From positions 1 through 49,980 of IMG/VR virus record IMGVR_UViG_3300015195_000003: 49,980 nucleotides of DNA. One strand, given 5' to 3'. The notes beneath the pieces are model-generated. The model was not told the DNA's origin and did not search any database. It saw only the letters and a program-made list of their open reading frames with translations. This DNA is from a virus. Below, piece after piece: positions 39,505 to 46,545 of this stretch. Numbering within the stretch: the stretch's first letter is position 1; the number at the start of each line of letters is the position of its first letter. Position numbers and translations under genes: made by a program.

Positions 39505-40557
39505 TTAGTTATATTCCCAAGAGCAAGTATTTCTATTGGTTGTGACTGTTTTATTGAGATCAGGCATTCCTGAATTCGTGCCGATAAGTGAAACGCGTCC
39601 TTGATGCGTGAGTCTCCAAGGTTTTCTAAACGATTTATTGAGGGCAGGGTGTGAAGTCGTAATCGTCAAACGAAATCCACGCTTAGTATAATACATTCCG
39701 ACAAAGTTTAACAATGCCTTTCCGATACCTATTCCTTGATAGTCAGGGAGAACCACAACTCGTGATACTTTCTTCATATTCTTGACTGCAGGATGTGGGA
39801 AATGCAAAACAGCAATAAAGCCAACCAATTTGCCAAAGAGTGTGGCGACGAAGACACGCGCGGCTGGATTGAGCGAGGCGTTCATATAGTGATAGTTTCT
39901 AAAATAGCGCCATTGAGCATTTGTTCCTTCTCTAATAACAAGCTCAATTGGCTCTCTTTTTTTTTTGACATCAATCATTTTCATATCATCAGTTGAGAAA
40001 ACCCAATCAGGATCTAAAAAGTCTAAAATATCATAGTGACAACTGACAGCGATAAATTGTTTTTGTTGTTTTCGGATATTCTTTGAAACCACCATAGAAC
40101 AAACCTTTGCCACGTCGCGGTCAACCACTGAGGTAAATTCGTCAAAGATGATTTGTTTACTTTCCGATAACAAATGATAGGCAAGATCAACGCGCATTTT
40201 TTCACCGTTTGATAAAACATGGTAGGGCTTAAGCCATGAAGGCGGTGAAGAGAATCCGACCTGCGTAAAAACTTGCGTTATTTCTTCGACAGTACGATTG
40301 ATAGGCATTTCATCAATAATAGGCTTCTGCGTGAATACAGGGCTTTGTGTGATACTGAAAATCTCTCGTGCGACTGTTGATTTACCCGTCCCACTTCGTC
40401 CCACTATTGCCCCGATGTTCCACGACTCGGGAAGATCGAGCGCGCCAGTAAATGTTTGGGTTTTGTGTTGTTCTTGGAGATCAAACATTCCGGTGATTTT
40501 GTTGACGCGAAACGATTCGACAGTCGGGGTGGTTTTTACAATGTTAAAATTATTCAT
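39505..40557 (-). CDS. Fusion of an ABC-type ATPase domain and a GNAT acyltransferase domain
   Basis: Walker A GRSGTGKST, signature-like LSNGEKMR, Walker B IIFDEF and an H-loop-like SCH. The C-terminal GNAT motif A is VVVLPDYQGIGIGKALL. Confidence 0.75.
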   Translation of the reverse strand: MNNFNIVKTTPTVESFRVNKITGMFDLQEQHKTQTFTGALDLPESWNIGAIVGRSGTGKSTVAREIFSITQSPVFTQKPIIDEMPINRTVEEITQVFTQVGFSSPPSWLKPYHVLSNGEKMRVDLAYHLLSESKQIIFDEFTSVVDRDVAKVCSMVVSKNIRKQQKQFIAVSCHYDILDFLDPDWVFSTDDMKMIDVKKKREPIELVIREGTNAQWRYFRNYHYMNASLNPAARVFVATLFGKLVGFIAVLHFPHPAVKNMKKVSRVVVLPDYQGIGIGKALLNFVGMYYTKRGFRLTITTSHPALNKSFRKPWRLTHQGRVSLIGTNSGMPDLNKTVTTNRNTCSWEYN

Positions 40558-40564
40558 GGTTTAT

Positions 40565-40581
40565 AATGTTATAATAACATT
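40565..40581. promoter_or_regulatory. 17-bp perfect palindrome AATGTTAT-a-ATAACATT in a 26-bp divergent intergenic region
   Basis: Read directly. It overlaps both TATAAT copies (40562-67 and 40570-75) between the ATGs at 40557 (minus) and 40584 (plus). Confidence 0.55.
40567..40575 (+). promoter_or_regulatory. Extended -10 promoter TGtTATAAT
   Basis: The HNH ATG (40584) begins 8 nt downstream. No clear -35 is present. Confidence 0.45.
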
Positions 40582-40583
40582 GT

Positions 40584-41000
40584 ATGCCGTTCAAAGACAA
40601 TGTGGAAAAAGCAAAGTATATGCGAAAATATCGCCTCGACAGACGCGCTCGAGGTTTATGCGTTATTTGTGGAGAAAAACGTATATCGGAATGGTTTTGT
40701 GTCAAACATCTCGCAAAGGGAAACGAAAAAAGTAAGCAGCAAAATATAGACTCTCGTCTTGAGTGTATCAATCATTATGGAGCTTTTTGCGTTTGTTGCG
40801 GAGAAAAAGAGGATAAGTTTTTAAGTATTGATCATGTAAATAACGATGGCTTTATTCATCGAAAAACTACCAAAAACTTTAGAAATATTTATTTGTGGCT
40901 AAAAAAGAATAATTATCCAAATATCGTTCAGGTGCTTTGTTTCAATTGCAATCTAGGAAAAAGAGTTAACGGTGGAATTTGCCCTCATCTTAAAGCGTGA
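40584..41000 (+). CDS. HNH endonuclease (free-standing, homing-endonuclease-like placement)
   Basis: CVCCGEKEDKFLSIDHVNNDG...LCFNCNLGK contains the HNH core with flanking Cys pairs. It is on the opposite strand from its neighbours, and its 3' end overlaps the ParB-like gene by 11 nt. Confidence 0.8.
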   Translation: MPFKDNVEKAKYMRKYRLDRRARGLCVICGEKRISEWFCVKHLAKGNEKSKQQNIDSRLECINHYGAFCVCCGEKEDKFLSIDHVNNDGFIHRKTTKNFRNIYLWLKKNNYPNIVQVLCFNCNLGKRVNGGICPHLKA

Positions 41001-41703
41001 GGATTTTGCATGGCAAACCTTGTTCTTGGAGCTTATTATATGTTGCCTCTTGCTCGGACTCGTCTTTGCATTCGACAACCACTTGAAACTGCGCTTTATA
41101 TTCGCCGTCTTTCTTTTTTGCAGGCTCCTGTGTGGTCATTTTTGCCTGATCTTGTGCAAAGATTTTCAAACTAACAGGCGCTTGTAACTCCAATTTATAA
41201 TCAGGTGAGTGTAACAATTCGACGTGCGGTTGAAGTAATGTATATAATGCTTTTTGATCATACGCGCCTGCTGGGTCATTATCGGATATCCCGTACTCAA
41301 GCATCATTTGTTCGATTGAAGGAAATTGCTCTGACTCCATCTTGCCGTCTAAAACAGCGCGATATTTTTTGACTCCTTCAACTTCTTCCTCTGCGACGCC
41401 AAGTTCTGTCACCCAAACTTCGTTGAATTGTCCGACGCGATTGATAGCGTGTTCTCCAGCTTCGTCGGACCACGTGAGTTCGTTTTCATTTAAAAATCTG
41501 ATTGCTCGAAGGCGCATATTTCCTCCAACAACGACGCCCTCTGAATTCACAAAAATTGGTTTGTATTGACCCAAACGACCGACTTGTTTTCTCAATCGAA
41601 GCATGTCTTCATCCGTTATCGTTCGAGGATTTTTGTCCCATTCGATCAGGGAGTCAAGCGTGGCGAGGATCTTTCCGTTTGTGGTTGTTCGCTTCTCTAA
41701 CAT
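40990..41703 (-). CDS. ParB N-terminal domain (ParB/Srx-like) protein
   Basis: IEWDKNPRTITDEDMLRLRKQVGRLGQYKPIFVNSEGVVVGGNMRLRAI fits the ParBc motif series. No C-terminal methyltransferase motif was seen. Confidence 0.7.
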   Translation of the reverse strand: MLEKRTTTNGKILATLDSLIEWDKNPRTITDEDMLRLRKQVGRLGQYKPIFVNSEGVVVGGNMRLRAIRFLNENELTWSDEAGEHAINRVGQFNEVWVTELGVAEEEVEGVKKYRAVLDGKMESEQFPSIEQMMLEYGISDNDPAGAYDQKALYTLLQPHVELLHSPDYKLELQAPVSLKIFAQDQAKMTTQEPAKKKDGEYKAQFQVVVECKDESEQEATYNKLQEQGLPCKILTL

Positions 41704-41710
41704 TAAAAAT

Positions 41711-41739
41711 ATTATGCCGAGTTAGACGGGATTTGTCAA
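41711..41739 (-). promoter_or_regulatory. GTCTAA-box promoter: TTGACA-aatccc-GTCTAA-ctcgg-CATAAT
   Basis: Read from the reverse complement. The ParB-like ATG (41703) lies 7 nt after the -10. Confidence 0.6.
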
Positions 41740-41832
41740 TTACCATCCGTTAGTAAAAAGTAAATAAAAAAACCAAACAATACAAAAGAGATTGAGGAGT
41801 AAAACAAATGCCACATATTTCTTGGAGTGCAT
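41740..41832 (-). CDS. Very small hydrophobic ORF (30 aa, tentative)
   Basis: Hand translation: MHSKKYVAFVLLLNLFCIVWFFYLLFTNGW. TAAATG junction with the ORF upstream. Confidence 0.3.
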   Translation of the reverse strand: MHSKKYVAFVLLLNLFCIVWFFYLLFTNGW

Positions 41833-41961
41833 TTAATTCTTTTTGACTAGATTTTCGTATTGTTCGATTGTCTTTTTCATGTGAAAATAGGCATGTCTAA
41901 ATTCCCCTACCTCCATGAGCGATAAGTACAATTGATTTTCTCGAAATGTACAGATCTCCAT
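41833..41961 (-). CDS. Small ORF (42 aa, tentative)
   Basis: Hand translation: MEICTFRENQLYLSLMEVGEFRHAYFHMKKTIEQYENLVKKN. Confidence 0.3.
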   Translation of the reverse strand: MEICTFRENQLYLSLMEVGEFRHAYFHMKKTIEQYENLVKKN

Positions 41962-41980
41962 GAACTTAGTTCGCACCTCT

Positions 41981-42784
41981 TCAAAGTCGTCCAGAGTCTC
42001 CTTTTGCATACGCGAAATGGTTCGTTAATATTTCATAACCGTCCGGCAAAACACGAATCATGTGTTCAAACATCGCAGAGTTTGCCCCGTCGGCCGTTTT
42101 CAACTCCCACCCATCATCGTCAATTTTTCCCCATTTATCCCGTCCGTTGGTCAAGCAAGGTTCAAGACAAAGAATCTTTCCAGCAACCAGCTTTTCCTCC
42201 ATGTATTTTTCATATTGGTCAAACTGTTTAGGATCTTGAAAATAAGGATTAGGAACTTGATAAAACGCGTTCTCGTGCATTTCTTTACCGATATAGTGAC
42301 CACATAATTGATGATTAATCAAAAGTTTTCGTTCATTTGCGACGCGTTGCATCGCGGCGGCTACTTCCCCGATCATGACTCCTTCTTTGACTTTGGCAAT
42401 GCCAGCATAAAGCACTTTTTTCGCATAACGCAAAAGTATTTCGTCTTTTTCGGAGAGTTTGCCAACACCAAGTGAGAAAGCGGCGTCGCCACAATTCCCC
42501 TCACTATCACGAATACCAATATCGAGATTAACAAGATCGCCTTCCTCAAGAAAAATGCTTTCACTCGGGATGCCGTGAGCTATCACGTTGTTAACGGAAA
42601 TACATGCGACGGCTGGAAAGGCTGTTCGCGCCCAATTTGGTTTGTAGCCTTGATTGTAGGATGTTCCCCCTAACTTTTTCAGCTCAGACGCTCCAACTGC
42701 GTTAATCGTAAAAGTATCAATGCCTGGGCGAACATGCTCTTTCATTTTAAGAAGAACTTTTGAGACTATTTCATGGGCTTTCAT
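41981..42784 (-). CDS. map: Type I methionine aminopeptidase (peptidase M24A)
   Basis: CISVNNVIAHGIP, GDLVNLDIG, CGHYIGKEMHE, LEP and DGWELKTADGANSAMFEHMI line up with the metal-ligand blocks of E. coli Map (CISINEVVCHGIP, GDIVNIDV, CGHGIGRGFHE, IEP, DGWTVKTKDRSLSAQYEHTI). Confidence 0.85.
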   Translation of the reverse strand: MKAHEIVSKVLLKMKEHVRPGIDTFTINAVGASELKKLGGTSYNQGYKPNWARTAFPAVACISVNNVIAHGIPSESIFLEEGDLVNLDIGIRDSEGNCGDAAFSLGVGKLSEKDEILLRYAKKVLYAGIAKVKEGVMIGEVAAAMQRVANERKLLINHQLCGHYIGKEMHENAFYQVPNPYFQDPKQFDQYEKYMEEKLVAGKILCLEPCLTNGRDKWGKIDDDGWELKTADGANSAMFEHMIRVLPDGYEILTNHFAYAKGDSGRL

Positions 42785-43284
42785 AGTTTGGAGTCCTCTT
42801 GCACCTCTTCGACCAGCATTTTGGGCGGCTTAACAAATGATTTATGCGGCTCAATCTTTTCCCACTCTTCAGAAAATTCACTGAGTAGAACCATTAAATC
42901 CAATAACTCTGATTTATTTTTAAGATAGAAACTACCACCTCCACGAATTCGAGAAATGGATATTTCGCGCTCGGAGTTTTTCGGTCGTTCGTCTTCGGTC
43001 TCAACAGTCACTTGAAAAATATCTTGTTCGCTTTTGTAATCGGTTCGACTAAGTGTTGATTTTTTCATGGCTTTTTTAATTCGATATTGCGCTTTTCTCT
43101 GAATATCATATTCTCTATTTTTCTCTCGATACTCCCTATTTGTTCTTGATTTTTCAGCTTTTCCTTCCGCAGTTAACAAATATCGTTTTATTTTTCTTAA
43201 TACGATTCTTCCCTTGTGTGTTTGCCGATATTTATACACTGCAAGCTCGTTTCGTTTGCGTTTTTGAAACTCTGACAGCGCCAT
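42781..43284 (-). CDS. Basic hypothetical protein
   Basis: 167-aa Lys/Arg-rich ORF with an ATG start. Confidence 0.6.
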   Translation of the reverse strand: MALSEFQKRKRNELAVYKYRQTHKGRIVLRKIKRYLLTAEGKAEKSRTNREYREKNREYDIQRKAQYRIKKAMKKSTLSRTDYKSEQDIFQVTVETEDERPKNSEREISISRIRGGGSFYLKNKSELLDLMVLLSEFSEEWEKIEPHKSFVKPPKMLVEEVQEDSKL

Positions 43285-43491
43285 AATATACTATGAGATA
43301 GACTCAACCATTTGACGGGATTTTCTCTAATCAAATAGCTGGCTAATTCTATTTTCCTGACGCCTGCGCGTCGTCACCAGTTCTTCTCTCTTGTCGTCAA
43401 ACGGAAAAAAACGACTTTTTTCAATTTTTCTCAGGCTCTAATTAGGCCATACGTCGTAGAATATTGTTTCTACGTCACGAAAAGGCTTTTT

Positions 43492-43647
43492 TTAGTTGTG
43501 ATGCAATTTTTTCAATTCGGCTAGACGTTCCGAGGTTAAGCGATTGTTTGGATTTCGCTTCAATTCAGCCTGCATTCGTTCCATTTTCTTCGCGCCGTCG
43601 TTGTTTTCTTGTGTCGGCGTTCTCTTTCGTCTTGCGTCTTTAGGCAT
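43492..43647 (-). CDS. Small basic protein (51 aa, not in the track)
   Basis: Hand translation: MPKDARRKRTPTQENNDGAKKMERMQAELKRNPNNRLTSERLAELKKLHHN. GGAGGAG lies 8 nt upstream. Confidence 0.5.
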   Translation of the reverse strand: MPKDARRKRTPTQENNDGAKKMERMQAELKRNPNNRLTSERLAELKKLHHN

Positions 43648-43888
43648 TTCCGCTTACTCCTCCTTCATTGTTTGCTGTTGCCGACCCAAAACCTCCGCCT
43701 GACGGTAATTTTGGCTCATAGACAACCATTGCCGTAAAAAGAATATTGGAAGACCCGTCAACATGCTTATCAACGATCGTTGTTCTATGTTCGACAAAAA
43801 CAACATCAGCTTGTAATGTTTCAAGAAAACTATTGATACTTTTCTCAAGTGGATCGATGAGTCGATCGCTAAAAATCTTAACTTTCAT
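43640..43888 (-). CDS. Hypothetical protein
   Basis: The ATG at 43888 (MKVKIFSDRL...) is preferred over the track start. Confidence 0.55.
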   Translation of the reverse strand: MKVKIFSDRLIDPLEKSINSFLETLQADVVFVEHRTTIVDKHVDGSSNILFTAMVVYEPKLPSGGGFGSATANNEGGVSGNA

Positions 43889-44060
43889 TTTTACAATCCT
43901 TTCCAAACTTGCCTTGCAAAGCTTCAGCAATTGAATCTAAATCAGCAACGACAATAACCAAACCCACGACAATAACCCAATCGATACCCCACAATTGTTT
44001 AACAACTGCTAGGATAACGAAGTTCAATAATCGTAACAATAATTTTAATTTAATAGTCAT
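43878..44060 (-). CDS. Small membrane protein
   Basis: The ATG at 44060 is preceded by CAGGAGGAAAACCA. Hydrophobic stretch LLRLLNFVILAVV...WVIVVGLVIVVA. An alternative start lies at 44099. Confidence 0.55.
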   Translation of the reverse strand: MTIKLKLLLRLLNFVILAVVKQLWGIDWVIVVGLVIVVADLDSIAEALQGKFGKDCKNES

Positions 44061-44098
44061 TGGTTTTCCTCCTGTAATAACGCAATATAGATTTTCCA

Positions 44099-44368
44099 TT
44101 ATTTGTCTCCTTTCGCGAGCTTTTCGTATTTCTCAATCAGTCGATTCAAATTTTCTACATGCCCTTCCTCTTTTTTGATTTCCTGCTTTTTTAATTCGAT
44201 CGAAGCGTTTTCTCCTTCAACCAACTTAATTCTGTCAGCGTTTTTAGGATAGCTTTTGATAGCGGTCAAGCGAGCCTCTATCGCCTCTTCTTTGGCGCAA
44301 ATGGTACTGACCACACTTTCTCGAAGTTCTTTAAATTTCTTAAGCTTTAACTCGATCATTGAAAACAT
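44099..44368 (-). CDS. Coiled-coil hypothetical protein
   Basis: 89-aa ORF. The ATG lies 18 nt after a GTCTAA box. Confidence 0.6.
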   Translation of the reverse strand: MFSMIELKLKKFKELRESVVSTICAKEEAIEARLTAIKSYPKNADRIKLVEGENASIELKKQEIKKEEGHVENLNRLIEKYEKLAKGDK

Positions 44369-44374
44369 AAAATA

Positions 44375-44404
44375 AATATAGCAGACTTAGACACGCCTTG
44401 TAAA
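44375..44404 (-). promoter_or_regulatory. GTCTAA-box promoter: TTTACA-aggcgt-GTCTAA-gtctg-cTATATT
   Basis: Read from the reverse complement. The ATG (44368) lies 6 nt after TATATT. Confidence 0.5.
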
Positions 44405-44436
44405 TAAGGAATTTATCCCCATTTTTTCCCCATCGA

Positions 44437-44497
44437 CTAGACGAGCGCTAGAAACGAGGCTAGATAGTGTTATGGGCTTTAGGCGCAATTAGACGAG
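44437..44497. repeat. Iteron-like TAGA(N0-2)CGAG / CTAGAN repeats
   Basis: CTAGACGAG (44437-45), CTAGAAACGAG (44448-58), CTAGAT (44460-65) and TTAGACGAG (44489-97), all in a non-coding stretch. Confidence 0.5.
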
Positions 44498-44651
44498 AAT
44501 TATTATCGGCCGAGGTTCTTACTATTTTCTTATCGTCTTTTTTATTTGCTCTTACTCATGAGTGAAATAATGAATATGTTTTAAATTCCAATAGGTTTAG
44601 GTGAAATATTCCGCAATTAAGGTCGCTTTATGGGCGGCTTTTTTGTTGCAC

Positions 44652-44740
44652 AAAAAAATCGATGGCCTTGGGTAAACTGTCGAGCAAATAAATGCTCTCC
44701 ACTCGCCTTATTGATTATTCGGCGAAAACCATCGATTTTT
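44652..44740 (-). terminator. Long branched hairpin followed by a U-run (terminator or structured RNA)
   Basis: 12-bp perfect inverted repeat: aaaaatcgatgg (44654-65) and ccatcgattttt (44729-40). Inner hairpins are tcgcc/ggcga and gagc/gctc. The minus-strand transcript ends CCATCGATTTTTTT. Confidence 0.5.
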
Positions 44741-44747
44741 AAGCCAG

Positions 44748-44981
44748 TTATTTATGTATCGTTGGAACGATCGTTATAACTGGTTTTGTTACTACTGGAA
44801 GCGCTCTCGCTTTTGGCGTTACGCTAAGTGCCGCTGAAGGACTAGCCGACGGCGTGACATAAACGTAATGTGGAACGATCTTTTCTTGGACGACAGGTTG
44901 AACCTTCGCTCCAACAAATCCGACAACAATTACACCAACTGCGATAACTGTTCCTAATAAAATCATTGAATCTTTCTGCAT
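44748..44981 (-). CDS. Small membrane protein
   Basis: 77 aa with N-terminal TM segment ILLGTVIAVGVIVVGFVGA. The SD is GAGGAGGTGA. Confidence 0.65.
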   Translation of the reverse strand: MQKDSMILLGTVIAVGVIVVGFVGAKVQPVVQEKIVPHYVYVTPSASPSAALSVTPKARALPVVTKPVITIVPTIHK

Positions 44982-45012
44982 AATGTATCACCTCCTCTCC
45001 GGTTCGATTTGA

Positions 45013-45207
45013 CTATATTGCTTTGCCGAAGCTAGCCAATAGAACCAAAACGAATCCTAACACGAGCTTGAAATATTCGACGTTAACGGCGAACTTTCGT
45101 GCTGGCGCTACTGCTCCGGCAACGTGCGTGATCTGAATACTTTGTCCAAACAACAAAAGCCCAGACAATAATTCAGCAAATAAAAATAAACTCAAAAGAT
45201 CAGTCAT
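45013..45207 (-). CDS. Small membrane protein (two TM segments)
   Basis: 64 aa, hydrophobic throughout. The SD is GGGAGGTGA. Confidence 0.65.
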   Translation of the reverse strand: MTDLLSLFLFAELLSGLLLFGQSIQITHVAGAVAPARKFAVNVEYFKLVLGFVLVLLASFGKAI

Positions 45208-45261
45208 AAAATCACCTCCCTTCTGACTTAAGTTTATAACGGATGAGGGAAATAAGCAAAA

Positions 45262-45684
45262 TTAGAAGATCAAATTTGCCAACTCTTGAAGTAAGAATGA
45301 TTTGTCATTTCCTTGATAGTCAAACGTACCATCTATTTTTCGCATTGTTCGCTTTTTGCCATCCCACCAATCAATAAACTTTCCAGTTTTAGGGTTTTGG
45401 ATTCTATGATGATAACTATCAAGCCTGGTATAAATCAGCTCATTTTCGTCAACAAATTGAAACATTGTTTTGAGGTCGGGACGCTTCTTTCGTTGTTGCG
45501 CTCTCAGTTTGTCTTGCTCTTTTTTAAGCGGCATCCACCAAAGCTCTTGAGAAATCGGCGTGGGCGTGTATTCAACTTCGAGTAATTGCAATTTTTCTTT
45601 CTCTTTTCGGAAGTGTGCTGTCCAAAGTGTCGCGAGTCTCTTTCGTTCTTGAGGCGGTGTATTTATATCAATAACATCATTCAT
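45262..45684 (-). CDS. Hypothetical protein (start uncertain)
   Basis: The track start (45762) is a GTG deep inside the upstream gene. In-frame ATGs at 45726 and 45684 are available, and 45684 gives an 8-nt overlap. Confidence 0.5.
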   Translation of the reverse strand: MNDVIDINTPPQERKRLATLWTAHFRKEKEKLQLLEVEYTPTPISQELWWMPLKKEQDKLRAQQRKKRPDLKTMFQFVDENELIYTRLDSYHHRIQNPKTGKFIDWWDGKKRTMRKIDGTFDYQGNDKSFLLQELANLIF

Positions 45685-46315
45685 CTTTATAAAAAGGGCA
45701 TTCGGGAAAGTTGTGATATTTTCCATGCTCGTTTGGCTCAAACTCGTCGTTTTCAATGCCACTCAAAACTCCTTTAACCCACTCGCTCCATTCGTCGTAG
45801 TGATCTTGCGTTCTTTCGGTTTCTAAAACTTGGATCAAATCGTCCTCAGGTTTTGGATTTGTTAAAAAAACATTAACTTTTATCCCTTGCTCGGGTTCGG
45901 TGTAAAGCATTCTCCACGCCCAAGAATAGGCGGTAATTTGCCTGTGAACGTCAACGAAGCTTTGCGAGTAAGGACGCGCGCTGGTTTTATGCTCGATGAG
46001 AAAATCGTCTTTGACCAAATCAACTTTCATGTTGAAGGTTATGTCCGTATCCAATAAAGGCAAACTCCAAAAGTCCTCAACTACTTGATAATCTTGCGTA
46101 TACAAATTCTCGTATTCGTCAATGTATTTTTGCATCTCTTCGGGTGTTTCGGGATAAACCTCCTTATGATAATTTTCAACTGCTTTGTGAAGACGAGAGC
46201 CGAACAACATCGCCGCGGTCGGCGCTTGTCTTTTTCCTTTAGCCTTGAGAAGCCAGCAATACGGACAATTTGCGTAAGTTTCTAAATCAGATGGACTTGT
46301 TTTTAAAATCTTCAT
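45677..46315 (-). CDS. Cas4/RecB-like PD-(D/E)XK nuclease
   Basis: N-terminal CPYC, the core DLVKDDFLIEHKTS (D...ExK), the QxxxY-type HRQITAYSWAW, and a C-terminal ECPFY cysteine. Confidence 0.65.
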   Translation of the reverse strand: MKILKTSPSDLETYANCPYCWLLKAKGKRQAPTAAMLFGSRLHKAVENYHKEVYPETPEEMQKYIDEYENLYTQDYQVVEDFWSLPLLDTDITFNMKVDLVKDDFLIEHKTSARPYSQSFVDVHRQITAYSWAWRMLYTEPEQGIKVNVFLTNPKPEDDLIQVLETERTQDHYDEWSEWVKGVLSGIENDEFEPNEHGKYHNFPECPFYKDE

Positions 46316-46545
46316 CGTTTTGATAAGTTAGGAATCATTTCAAATCCCAAATCAGGCAATTCTTGCGCTTTCAATCCGTGCATTGCGATATAAATTCGAG
46401 GAACATTGTAGTGATTTCCGAAAGCAAAAACAGGAATATAATAACCTAATTCACTGATAAACTGGTCAAGCATTTGATACTTCAAAAAAGAAGTGTCTAT
46501 TTTATGCTCTTTTTGTTTGCATGGACATTTGTGAACTTTTATCAT
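46312..46545 (-). CDS. Hypothetical protein
   Basis: 77-aa ORF with an ATG start overlapping the upstream stop (TAATG). Confidence 0.55.
   Translation of the reverse strand: MIKVHKCPCKQKEHKIDTSFLKYQMLDQFISELGYYIPVFAFGNHYNVPRIYIAMHGLKAQELPDLGFEMIPNLSKR

Noticed and set aside
43391-43421. The GTCGT...ACGAC hairpin plus T-run as a terminator
   Set aside because: The T-run follows the hairpin only on the plus strand, where no gene is being transcribed. The stem is only 5 bp with a 13-nt loop. It is too weak to call.
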